Below the pieces are notes generated by a model, which was not told the origin of the DNA, made no database searches, and was given only the letters and a program-made list of their open reading frames with translations. Below are positions 37,804 to 50,621 of a stretch of DNA of 64,000 bases, piece by piece; positions within the stretch are counted from its first letter, which is position 1; every line of letters starts with the position of its first letter. The stretch spans positions 71,300,001 through 71,364,000 of the forward strand of contig OX597831.1 in assembly GCA_951406725.2 (NCBI GenBank), in the 5' to 3' direction. The translations under genes were made by a program, and so were the position numbers. This stretch comes from Octopus vulgaris (Eukaryota).

Positions 37804-40749
37804 TTTATTTTATTTTTACATATATATATGTCTGCCAGCCTCGTCTGGCACCTGTGTCGGTGGCACATAAAAAACACCATCTGAGCGTGGCCGTCTGCCA
37901 GCCTCATCTGGCACCTGTGTCGGTGGCACATAAAATCACCCACTACACTCTCGGAGTGGTTGGCGTTAGGAAGGGCATCCAGCTGTAGAAACACTGCCAG
38001 ATCTGACTGGCCTGGTGCAGCCTTCGGGCTTGCCAGACCCCAGTTGAACCGTCCAACCCATGCTAGCATGGAGAACGGACGCTAAACGATGATGATGATG
38101 ATGATGATATATATATTGTATGTGCAGGTGAGGTTGTGTGAAGTTTGCTTTCTACCCACAGGATTCCTGGTTCAGTCCCACTGCGTGGAACCTTGGGCAA
38201 GTGTATTCTACTGTAGCCTTGGGCTGACCAAAGCCTTGTGAGTGGATTCGTATATGCGTGTGTGTGTATGAGTATGTTGTGTCTGTGTTTGTATCCCACC
38301 ACCACTTGACAACTGGTGTTGGTATATTTACATCACTGTAACTTAGCGGTTCAGCAAAAGTGACTGATAGAATTAGTACCAGCCTTTAAAAACGTAGCTT
38401 CTACTACAGCCTTGGGTTGATGGAAGCCTTATGTATGGATTTTATAAACAGAAACTGAAAAATTCATTGTGTGTGTGCATGCATGCGTGTGTGTGTGTGT
38501 GTGAGTGCTTTTGTGCATGCTTCTGTCTAGGTGTGTGTGTTTACATCCGCTTCTCGTTTATCCGAAAGCCATGATTTTGTGCAGTGTTCCGTTAGCATTT
38601 CTTCTTCCAATAGATTCATACTTTTGAAAACATTTCAAATAAGGGACCCCTTACTCGACAAACTGGTTAGCATTAGGAACAACATTAAACTGTAAATCAA
38701 TACCACTATAATACATTTGTCTCTCCCATGATAGCATGGGAAATGGATTTAAAAGAAATGAATGACAAACAAACATGTTTCTATGTACATGTGTGAACGT
38801 ATGCATGACTATACATGTCACATGTGTTTATTCGCATTAGTATTCTATGAAAGCTGCAATTTACAAGTTGTATTTTCGTTGCTATTTCTATCAATAAATC
38901 ATCTGCTTACTTTGTGCCTTCGAGGATGTATGCAATATAAGATCCCTTATTTAAAAAAAAAATGTAAGGATGCCTGGCTGTAAATCTGTGCCTTCATAAT
39001 ACATAATTCATGCCAGCATAGAGAAACAGTGAATGATATTCAAATGATATAATATAAGCAAACTTGGTCATGGAATATCATGGACTGAGAATCTATGAAA
39101 AATCCTTTAAAATATTTGGTTTGGGAGTTCCAGGGTTTTTTGGTGAGTGTGGAACTACCTCTTAGCCACAATTATTCCCAAGTCTACTCTGACCCAGAAT
39201 AGTAACCCCTATCAGGATCCCAGCTGTAGGTTAACTAGTATACAGGAGGACAATCCATCTGAATGTAGGGATGCAGAAATGCTCTTGGTTGGAATCAGGG
39301 CATGCAGTAAAACCATCAGGAGTGAGGGCCCTAGCTTTTGTCGCTACATTCTTCTAAGAGAGAGAGAGATAGGCACTCTAATGTAAAGCCTGCAGTCTTA
39401 CATTATTATTGGTCATCTTGTTTTGGATTGTCACTGAACACAGATCACAGCGCCTCAGAGAGTAATACTCATGCTGCACAAGCATTTATCACTCTAATCC
39501 AATGGCATACAGATGTCTCTTTATGGTAACCTCTTTTGTCATTCCATCTGCTGAAAGTCTTATGGCATTAGAAGAGTAGCAATATATACTGACCTAACCA
39601 TTTTGAAGTACCCAGTAAGTTACAAATTTTATCTGTCATCTATGCTTCAAACCATACACATCTGTAGCACTAGAAAATAGCTGTCATTTGTGAAGAAAGA
39701 ACAATTGCCATATATGTATGTGAGAAGGTATATAGGTGTGTCATCATCATCATCATTTAACGTCTGTTGTCCATGCTGGCATGGGTTGGACAGTTTGACC
39801 AGGGCTGGCAAGCTGGAAGGCTGCACCAGGCTCCAGTCTGTTTTGGTATCGTTTCTATGGCTGGATACCCTTCCTAATGCCAACCACTCCAAGAGTGTAA
39901 CAGGTGCCTTTATATGCCACCGGCACAGGTGCCATTTGTATAACACCAGTATCTGCCACAACTACGGTTTTACTTGTCTTAATGGGTCTTCTCAAGCATG
40001 GCATAATGCCAAATGGACTCAGTCATTGCCTCCATGTGGCCCAACTCATGAAGCCTGGCATAATGCCAAATGGTCTTGGTCCTTGCTTCCATGAGGTCCA
40101 ATGCTCAAAGGTACTTTTACATACCACCAGCACAGGTGTCATTTGCATGACACCAGTGTCTGCTATGACTGTGATTTTACTTGGCTTGATGGGTCTTTTT
40201 CTCAAGCACAACATAATACCAAAGGTCTCAGTCAGTGCCTCTATGAGGCCCAACATTCGAAAGGAGCTCAACCACATTGCCTCCATGAGGCTCAATGCTC
40301 GAAAGGTGCTTTTTACATGCCACCTGCATGGGTGCTGGTTATGTGACACCTGCATCAGCCATGAATGGGATTTCACTTGGCTTCATGGGTCTTCGCAAAC
40401 ACAGCATATCACCAAAGGTCTTGGTCACTAGTCATTGCCTCTGTGAGGCCCGAAGTTTGGAGAACATGCTTTACCACCTCATCCAATGTCTTCCTGGGTC
40501 TACCTCCACAGTTAGGGATTGCACTTCTATACAGCTGTCCTCATCCATATATATGTATATATTATGTGTATGCATATATACATAAGTGGTGGAGTGTACA
40601 TGTCTTAACTGCACTATTGTATGGATGCAACACCTAGACAACCTACTGCAGGCATATCCAACATCTTGAATGACTCTGCCAGTGATGCTTGGATAATATC
40701 CTGAAAATGTCATGGCAACCTTGTGTCTAATGCACAACTACTGCAGCTG

Positions 40750-41160
40750 GCAAAGTCATTTTTTATAAAGCACCACCTTAGATGATCTGGTCATCTTGTC
40801 CATTTTCGAGGACACTCACATCCTAAAACAGGTGTTTATGGTGAGCTGGAGCAAGAAAAATGTCCCCAGTGCAAGCCACATGAGCATTTCAAAGATCAAT
40901 ATTGATACTAACACCTGAGATGATCTTGCATCAAACTGGAAGCTGTGGAAGAATCTGATTGCTACTGCTGTTAAATAATTTAGGGCAACCGGGTTGCTTA
41001 CATCAAGTTGAAATGTGCTGGTAAATATATGGTGGATGTGAACTCTCACCCTGAGAAGGGCAAACAAGAGTCTTTTCATGTGACCAGTGTGATCATGTTT
41101 GCTTCTTAAAAGGAAGCCTACTCAGCCACAGGTGTAGTGATAGAGGCACCCCCATCTACC
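40750..41160 (+). mobile_element. Decayed RTE LINE C-terminal fragment
   Basis: Frameshifted HLR(W)SGHLVH..DTHI.KQV.YGELEQ...KPHEHFKD...DLASNWKLWKN matches the RTE 'LRWAGH...PKQ..YGEL' region. Confidence 0.65.
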
Positions 41161-41427
41161 ACTGTGATATCCAGCAGATTCTCTCAAGCACATTGTATAG
41201 CAGACTGTGAGGGTTGGCTGGTGACTCATTTGGCATTGTAGGTCCCGACATCCAAATGGCCTGGCTGTTGTTAGAAGGATAACTAGTAGTAAGTGTGGAA
41301 TGACTTGTAGGTCCCTTGCAGGGCTTAAGAGTCATATGAGATGCCATCAGCAATGAGGAAACCATACTAGAGATGTTTCTTGGAGTAGAATGTCTTTAAG
41401 AAGTGGTATTACTGAGTTATGAGATGA

Positions 41428-42400
41428 TTTCCTCTTGTCCTTCTCTATACATCCAGCAAATGGGACGCCACTTGGCTGACTTGGCAATGACACCCCGGTC
41501 TCACACCATTTCCACTCTACTTGTTACTCTGTGCAACACCTGTCGAATTGTCCTTGCACAGGGGCCATCCAGACTCCCGTATGCGCTCTGAACAGGGATT
41601 AATCTTCTCTCTTCACTTCTTTGCACCACATGGGCTCAACTCTCCTCCCCTCTTCACCTAACAGCCTCCCCTCTCCTCTCTCCTCCTCACACCTACTTCC
41701 TCCAACTCCTACTTCTTATCACTCCTACTCTCCTGTCTTCTACTCACTCCTACCTACCTTCTCCCTTCATCATCACACCTCCCTCGTAACCCCACCCCAC
41801 CCAATCCAACCCCACCTTCCCAATCCATCCCACCCTACTCCATCCCTCACACCCACTCCCACATTCCCCACCTCTACCTCCCCCTCAGCCTAACCCACCC
41901 CAGCCTTGCTTTACCCTCTCTTGCTGCCCCACCTCCCAACACCATTACACCACTACACCATACACCAATATACCACACAGCACCACATCACACCACCACA
42001 CACACATTAGCACCGACCACTTCCCAGCCCCACATCCACACACCTACACATACACACACCGCACATGTCAAGGTCACCAGCCCTCTTCCACACGCACATA
42101 CATACTCTCTTATACACATGCACGTGCACTTTGTTTTGGGATTACCACTACTTTATTATCTCCCCTTCTTCCTAGCTCTCCTGTGTGACCCCTCTGTCCG
42201 GCATTCGCCATGATAGATTGCTAGCCACTACACATTCTTTATTTTCTCTCCTCGTTTCTTTCTGTGTTCCTTTCTGTGGAAGAGCATAGGCTCGAAACAT
42301 TAAAGACTTTATCATTTCCCAAGCGTTAAACTAATTCATCTGTTTGTTGTCTAAACCACCTGTCTTCATCTTTTGTTTTTTTTTGGAATTCTCCTTTTAT
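41428..42400 (+). mobile_element. Penelope-like element 3' end: GIY-YIG remnant, CT/CA-rich tract and pseudo-LTR with hammerhead-like motif (42270-42305)
   Basis: Frameshifted CPSLYIQQMGRHLAD / LGNDTPVSHHFHS / RMRSEQGLIFSLHFFAPHGLN (YIG-like motif and the E..I..L...P.GLN end). Confidence 0.8.
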
Positions 42401-42405
42401 ACACA

Positions 42406-42937
42406 CTAGCCTTGAAGCCGCCCTTTGGGCAGCATTCAGGCTAGCTCCTGTAGGGGGCACCTTTGAGGTCTTTGGCCCCATTATCGGGCTGCTTCACAGC
42501 CCTCTACCCTTGTGTAATGTAATGGACTCGGATAGATTCATTGTATATGTATCTCCTTGTATTAATTATCTGATAACCCATTCCAAACCCCCTTCCCACA
42601 ATAATAGTGGTGGGGGTCAGTGGGTCTCCATTTCAGCAGCCCTTCAGAAATTGAACCTCCTTATGATACTCCCTGGGAGTTCATGGTATGAAATTCATTG
42701 TCATTGCTCTGATTTGGTCACCAATGCTATGTATGTAGTTTAAAATGCAGTAAAAATAGGAGGGTAAGTGGGACCCTAATTAGGCAACCCTTAAAAAAAT
42801 AGACCCCCTTAGGACATTCTCTGGGATTAGGAGAGTTGCTGGTTTGAGTTTCGTTATCCTTGCACCAACAGTCTAGGAGGAATTAACGAACATAAAAATG
42901 TAATGGACAGAGAAACCACTCAAATTTATAATAGGGT
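42406..42937 (-). mobile_element. Probable Helitron
   Basis: a|ctag followed by GC hairpin gccgccctttgggcagc at one end, and ttataatagg at the other. Confidence 0.5.
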
Positions 42938-43333
42938 ATATTTATGTGCCTGTACATATGTGTGTTTGTATATACTGCAGATGCATATACACCCCTGAAT
43001 ACATAATATGGACTGAAGCAGAATTACAAACCTACAATAAGTTCACCACTTCATTGTACTGGATTTGGGATGATAAATAACAAAAATGACATCAACACAA
43101 ATAACAGCTACAAAAACCTCATAAAAAAAAAGGAAGTGGGGAAATATTTTCTGGGGACAGAAAATTCTTCTCTTAAGGTCTCTAGCAATGATAAAACACA
43201 ATCTGAAGTCATATCCCTCCTTTAGGAAATGTCATAAGCAACATTCCTACTTATTCATTTAATCTGCACCTGATTTTCACATATTGCAAAAATTACCCAA
43301 AACTTTGAAAAGCTAAATGTTAGATCTTGGTGA

Positions 43334-43379
<46 letters not shown>

Positions 43380-44608
43380 GTTTAACGTCCACTTTCCATG
43401 ATTATTTTTTTCTTCTAGTACGAAACCTTTTTTTAGTCACGATTCACATAAAAATGTATGCACTAAAACCCTTTTCTATACAAGAGACTCAGAGTAAGAG
43501 GTGTTCCCTTTTCCTTTTTCCGCCTCTCTTTTTCACTTGTGTTATGTGTCAAGTTTACCTTAAGAATACGTAAATCAGAATATTTTCAGTTAAACTATAA
43601 TACAAAAACACTTATTCTGTAAAGAATATTCTGTAAAGAATATCTTTATTCCTTACATATAAATACATTGACTAAAACTATTCTCCCTTTATGTTAAAAA
43701 GTTACACTTTTTTCAATTAAACAAAAAATATATTGGTATATAAAAATCTGATACATTTTCAACCCTTTCTCTTTATGTTTCATATACATATGTGTGTGTA
43801 TATATATATATATATATACATCTGTACATACATATGTATGTATGTATGTATGTATGTGTGTATGTATGTATGTCTATGTGTGCGTGCGTGTGTGTATGTA
43901 TGTATGTATGTATGCAATGCATGTATGTATGTATGTATGTATGTTCAAATACTTTCAATGCAAGGCACAGATACATACAGAATCATATTAAGCTCAAATT
44001 TTTAGAGTAAAGAAGTAGACAAGTCTTGATATATTTGCAAAACTCTCGTTAAAAGCAAAATGATATTGGTTTCAACAACATTTTGTGAATACCATTATTA
44101 AAGGCTGAAATGTCAAAGGAAGGTTTTCTTTAGACCATTTCCTATCATTGACTGTGTCGTGTTTCACTTTGTAAGCTTGCTTTATTCTGTCTTTAGCTTT
44201 TCTTCACATTAATGTGCGTATGTTAGCGTTTAGGTGCTCATGTAGTATATAGATGCTTGCGTGTGTATATATGCTCACCTATATATTTGTGTTTCGTTTC
44301 ATTGTGTTTGTTTTAGAAATCATGTCTTTGGCCATGCTGGAACAACATACGTATGCATGCGCGTATATATATGTATGCGCACATGCACATATATACACAC
44401 ATACACACACACACACAAACACACATGCATACTGCCACACTCACATGCACACAAACACACATATGTGTGTGTATGTGTGTTTTTGTGTGTGTGTATACTC
44501 ACATAATATACATACACAGAGAGAAATAGATGCATAGATATAAAGATAGATATCCATATGCATGTATGTATATATATATATGTGTGTCTCTATCTCTCTC
44601 TTTCTCAA

Positions 44609-44649
<41 letters not shown>

Positions 44650-45656
44650 CACAGACACACACACACACACACATGCACACACACACACACACACTCACAC
44701 TTACACTCACTGACAAGAAGATATATAAATTATGCATACATATAGTTCTTTTCCTTGCTATGTTATACTAGATTTGTTAGTTTCTCGTAGCTAAACATAC
44801 TTCTCTTCCTGCTTAATAAAAGCAAGTTAGAGTGTTTGTTTATGTTTGTTTGATACATCTTGTTTGTATGTTTATGTTTTGTTTATGTGTGTTTTTTGTA
44901 CCTAAAATTGTATAAATGTTTAATGTTTCATCATACGGAAAATATTTGCTTAGTGTCACTATATAGTATTTGTATTAACTAAAAGCTGTTATTTCTGGTC
45001 ATATTTGGTTCTCCCAATGATGATGGTGATGATGATGATGATGACGGTTGTTTTCATTCACATTTTAGTTTTACTATTGATTCGTGTTTTCATCATGTTT
45101 TGATATCCTCATGCTATATATTTTGGTAGTTTTCTTTGATTTCTTTATTCTTCACTTTTTTTTTTTTTTTGATTTTTCTGATCCATTATTTTAACAATTT
45201 AGATGAGTGATGGAACAGCAGAAATGTTAGAGTGCTATGCCAAGATTCTTGTTTTGTTTGGTTGCATATTAACCACTTCCAGGGTTCAAATTATATTTGT
45301 TTTTCATCCACATCTGAGTCAATAAAAAAAAGTATTACAATAATTTTGGTTACAAATTGGTCAATAAAAGAAGGGCCATTATTCATTATGTTTGTTGGTT
45401 CTCCCAGACTGGTGATACTGATATGGTTGATGCCCTGCCAAAGTCTGCAACAATTATGTCTGAAAGAGAGTGAACTGCATTAGAGATAGCCGAGGACCAG
45501 GTGGTGGCATTTTACCAGCTGACACGTCAATTTAAACAGCCAATTTTCTTCTTGGATTGATAAAATGAATACAATTCTGAACAGAATAGTTGAAACAAAT
45601 ACCAGGTTTATATCAGAGATATTATAGTGTTGATGAATTAAGAATTTTATACATTA

Positions 45657-46051
45657 CTAGCAGTATCGCCCGGCGTTGCTCAGGTTTGTAAGGGAAATAA
45701 CTATATAAGCATTTTTAGAGATGTAAAGTATAATAGCCATCTCAATATGGCTAACCACAAAGTGGGGTGTTACTGTAGCTTTTTACGTTCTGAGATTTAA
45801 TAATACATTTTTAAAGAGTTACTTCCCTTATATATGCCAAAAATGCATTAAAATTGGGAAAAAAGGATGGTAAATTTTTTTTTAAACTGTAGACTCATCG
45901 TAGACACGCGCTAATACCCAGAAGGGCTCAATATGAATCACGACTATAAGATACCCGGTTTTGGTTAAACTGCACCGCAAAATGTGGGAGTAGTTAGGAA
46001 CCTAAATCGTAGGAGACAGACACCACACAACCTCATTTTTATATATATAGA
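45657..46051 (-). mobile_element. Non-autonomous Helitron
   Basis: Minus strand A|TC...hairpin cctgagcaacgccggg...CTAG|T. Confidence 0.85.
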
Positions 46052-47095
46052 TTTGTTTCAAGTTTTAGCACTAAGCCAGTAAAGAGTGGATTTATAAGGG
46101 AGTGGCATACCAGAGAATGGCAAGAAGGGTGGCAGATTTGATTTACACCTAGATGACCTTTATTTGTTCCAAAATGTTGCTGATCTTTAGTTCTAAAGCA
46201 TCTCTAAACCTTTGTGCTGAAAAACATGAAAAGAAACTATAATGAAAGCCTGTCCGTTGTGATCATCTCATGTAATTTCCAGAAAATATTTCCAGAATTA
46301 CATTATGCAATGTGATCTTCCTTTAAGGTGATAAGATGTTATTTGAGGGAAATTGAGCTGTTATTTCATGAAGGTTTTGTGGCTATGCAGTGGCATCCTT
46401 TTTTTATGAACAATGATCTACATAAAGGTGTAGTAACTGCTGTAGCAACTCTTCAAAACTAAAGTTTTTCTCTTGTCTTACTGGATTCAGAATTCCACAA
46501 TTTGGAAGTGACCTAAGCTCCTAAACAGAAGCCATGTATCTCTTTCTTCTCTATAAAAACACTTGCTTTATTAATATAAACATTTCCAAGTTACTGAAAC
46601 CATCCCATTCATATTTCCATTGAAAACTGAAAAGTAATGTAAAATAGTTATTTCCTTTATTCTTCAAACGTAACCGATATTCTTGAATGGGAATGCTTTT
46701 GGCTTTTATATTTTCTTTTGGCTATGTATTTCAACTAAATACAGTCCACTTACAAGAATTTTATAGAATTTTCTTGGTTCCTGCATTGAATTTGTTTTTC
46801 CAAAAAATACTTGATATAAAAATTTACATTGTATATACACTCATATATATACACTCAGGTATACATAAAAGTACATTATATATGTATGTCTGTCAGCGGG
46901 TGTGACTGTGTATGTGTATTGTATGTTTGTGTGCAGACACATGTATGTGCATTTGTATGTGTTATGTTACATTCTTTGATACACAAATAGGGACAGTGGT
47001 GGAGGTGGAGGTGCTCTGGTTTTGTTGAACCTTTTGTGTTGAAATAAGAAATTTGCCGATGTACAAGCTACTGCTATCAGTTTGAGTTTGCTTTA

Positions 47096-47493
47096 TACTC
47101 TTTACTCTTTTACTTGTTTCAGTCATTTGACTGTGGCCATGCTGGAGCATCGCCTTTAGTCGAGCAAATCAACCCAGGGACTTATTCTTTGGAAGCTCAG
47201 TACTTATTCTATCAGTCTCTTTTGCCGAATCGCTAAGTGACGGGGACGTAAACACACCAGCATCGGTTGTCAAGCAATGCTAGGGGGACGAACACAGACA
47301 CACAAACACACAGACGCATACATATATACATATATACGACGGGCTTCTTTCAGTTTCCGTCTACCAAATCCACTCACAAGGTATTGGTCGGCTATAGTAG
47401 AAGACACTTGTCCAAGATGCCATGCAGTGGGACTGAACCCGGAACCATGTGGTTGGTTAGCAAGCTACTTACCACACAGCCACTCCTGCGCCT
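47096..47493 (-). mobile_element. SINE family A reverse copy
   Basis: Near-complete reverse complement of family A. Confidence 0.9.
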
Positions 47494-48267
47494 ATTTATA
47501 TTTATATAAAAAAAATCACGGGGCCTCATAAAAAACATTGGTGTGGATGCTGGTGCCACGTAAAAAGTACTATTGATGGTTTCACATTAAAAGCCTCCAG
47601 TACACTCTGTGGAGTGAGTAGTTGGTGTTAGGAAGGGCATCCAGCCATAAATACCAAACCAAACCAGACTATGGAATATGATGTGGCCCCCTGACCTTGA
47701 CAGTTCCTGTCAAGTTGTCCAACCCATGCCAGCATCGTAAATGGATGTTAAATGATGACGCTGATGTACGTCTGTTGTTGTTGGTTGAGGAGGACTATTG
47801 TAGAAGTCTTTCCAATTGTGACCATCCCTGTTTTGTATAACATACTGTATTTAAAACAACTTTAGCTAATGTATCAGTTGATTGGTGCGTGATTTGTTGG
47901 AGATTTGGCTGCTATTTTTAGCAGATTGTGTGACTATGTGTAGACTGTCTCATTACTATGTGTGTGTGGTTATGTGTGTAATGGTGTGTGTGTATGAGTG
48001 CACGTGTGTGTGTGTGTGGTATATATGTGTGTATGTATGGTAAACAGTTTTCAATCTTCTGTAAAAGCATGTCCAGCCATAGGAAAATATTACCATACAT
48101 GGAAACAAGTGAGGGTTGGTGACAGGAAGAGCATCCGACTGTGGAAAATTTGCCTCAACAAATTCCATCTGACCTACGTAAGCATGAAAAGGGAAGCGGA
48201 AAATGACAATGACAATGGCAACAACAACAACAATAATGATGATGATGCGGTGGAGGAGGATATATAT

Positions 48268-48682
48268 ATTTCTTTATTACCCGCAAGGGGCTACACACAG
48301 AGGGGACAAACAAGGACAGACAAAGGGATTAAGTTGATTACATCGACCCCAGTGCGTAACTGGTACTTATTTAATCGACCCCGAAAGGATGAAAGGCAAA
48401 GTCGACCTCGGCGGAATTTGAACTCAGGATGTAACGGCAGACGAAATACTTATTTCTTTACTACCCACAAGGGGCTAAACACAGAAAGGACAAACAAGGA
48501 CAGACAAACGGATTAAGTCGATTATATCGACCCCAGTGCATAACTGGTACTTATTTAATCGACCCCGAAAGGATGAAAGGCAAAGTCGACCTCGGCAGAA
48601 TTTGAACTCAGGACGTAACAGCAAACAAAATACGGCTACACATTTCGCCTGGCATGCTAACGTTTTTGCCAGCTCACCGCCT
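48268..48682 (-). mobile_element. SINE family B head-to-tail dimer with one TSD
   Basis: Two body units, one tRNA head, flanked by tggaggaggatatata. Confidence 0.85.
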
Positions 48683-48835
48683 TGGAGGAGGATATATATT
48701 TAAACATATATATATGCATACAAATAAATATACACTTATACAGATATATGCAAATCTGCATGTGTGTACATAAGGACGTACGTATGGAATGTATGAGCTT
48801 CATGCTCAGTGAAGGTGGAAAAAGAGTGGATTTTT

Positions 48836-48870
48836 TTTTTACGTTTCAAGCATAGCTCTTCATCAGAAAG
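48836..48870 (-). ncRNA. Minimal hammerhead-like motif in a PLE-type remnant
   Basis: Minus strand CTTT CTGATGA A GAGC TAT GCTT GAAA CGTA AAAA. Confidence 0.6.
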
Positions 48871-49633
48871 AGGAGAAAGAAAATTCTAGAGAAGGGAAAA
48901 CCACGTGTAGCACACACACACACACACACATGTGTACGGCTCGTAGTTCAATTAATTAGGAAGAGATGAGATGCAGTTTGGTTTCATGCCAAGAAGAAGC
49001 ATTACTGATGCTATCTTCCTGGTGAGGTAGCTTTTTGCATGTGTGTTTACTGTTGTTAAGGTAAGATCAAAAACATTATTCCGTCTAGTGAAAGATATCA
49101 TTTAATGTACACAGTATTAAAATAAGAACTACTAATAGTTTCTTGCCATAAAGACACTTTACTTTTCTTTTTCCATTCTTATTTATCCTTTGTCTTCTCA
49201 TGTACCAATGTCTTGGTTTTCAAATAGAAGTGACCATGTGTCCTGAGCCTTAAGATTGCTGGAAGACTCAAGGCACATTATATATACAGTCAAAGGATCA
49301 TATATCTGAAAAAGAAGCATGCTCTAAAAGTTAGAACAGTAATGTATTTACATGAATTTGAATTGGTCACTCCATGCATAGAGTGACCAATGGTTTTACA
49401 TCCATAAAGCATTTTGTTTTGTAAATGACATGTGAGACTCCTATGGCCATGGGCACATAACCTCTCTTCAAACTGGAAGTAGAAAACCATTATGGTTAGT
49501 AAATTTGTCAACAAAAGAATACTATACACTGTCAGAACCTTAAACAGAACAAGATATCTCCCTTAGACTGATCTGGTTGGCAAATCTTATGGACCTAAAG
49601 AGCAAACGGGGAATCTCTGCCATTAGGCTGGTT

Positions 49634-50621
49634 CTGGTCTGCAAATACTTTTTACAGCCCTAATCGATGAACAGGTAATCTCACACCTACAGCAGGTGGT
49701 GTTTGAAATAGGGACAGGAGTTATAGATCTCATGTCTTGAGTTTAAAAGAGATTCCAGATCCAGGGAGTCTTTAACGCTCCTTGCCTGCCCTGCTATGTA
49801 AAGCTTGCATCATCTGCTCCCATTTGTGTAGGACTGCAGCTGCTCTATGATCCTCCATTTAATTTCTTATGGAGTTCTTTAATCCTTAAGGTGCCACATA
49901 TGGCTAGCCAGGGATATGATGTAATGTCTTTCTGGAACCCTAAAAGAGGACCTGTGGTTGCACAGGCATATATACATATACATGAATACATACACACACA
50001 AGCACATTTATATAATGAATAAAAGCATAATTTCACTAATAAATCTCTCCCATTCTAAAGAGAGAATTCACTGGGTGATATCGATGCTGCTGTGAGAATA
50101 TTTCTCAACACTTCCTTCTTTTTCATGGTAGGATTTTGTTGGTTAATTAGCATCTGTAGATAAGATAGAATGCATCTATGATACATCTCAACATCCTCCT
50201 CTCTGAGCAGCAGCATTCCCTCCCATTCATTGATGACTGTGTTGCTAGTAAGGAACATTGGGACAGAATTTCATGAAAAGATAAGAGATGTAAACACTTG
50301 TCACAACCTGATCATATAACATCTTCATCTTTAGTAACCTTACAGGGTTAGCCATGTGTGGCACCTTAAGGATTAAAGAACTCCATAAGAAATTAAATGG
50401 AGGATCATAGAGCAGCTGGAGTCCTACACAAATGGGAGCAGATGATGCAAGCTTTACATAGCACGGCAGGCAAGGAGCCTTAAAGACTCCCTGGATCTGG
50501 AATCTCTCTTAAACTCAAGACATGAGATATATAACTCCTGTCCCCATTTCAAACACTACCTGCTGTAGGTGTGTGATTCCCTGTTCATCGATTAGGGCTG
50601 TAAAAAGTACTTGCAGACCAG
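49634..50621. repeat. Long inverted repeat (about 276-bp arms, about 436-bp spacer)
   Basis: 49634-49909 is the reverse complement of 50346-50621 with scattered substitutions. Confidence 0.92.

Noticed and set aside
39904-40431. 175-aa ORF
   Set aside because: Lies within the internally repetitive part of a family C element and shows no recognisable domain.
45203-45483. ATG after an acceptor-like tract with a hydrophobic stretch (candidate transmembrane exon)
   Set aside because: Stops after about 40 codons, lacks a good donor, and lies downstream of the exon a transmembrane segment should precede.
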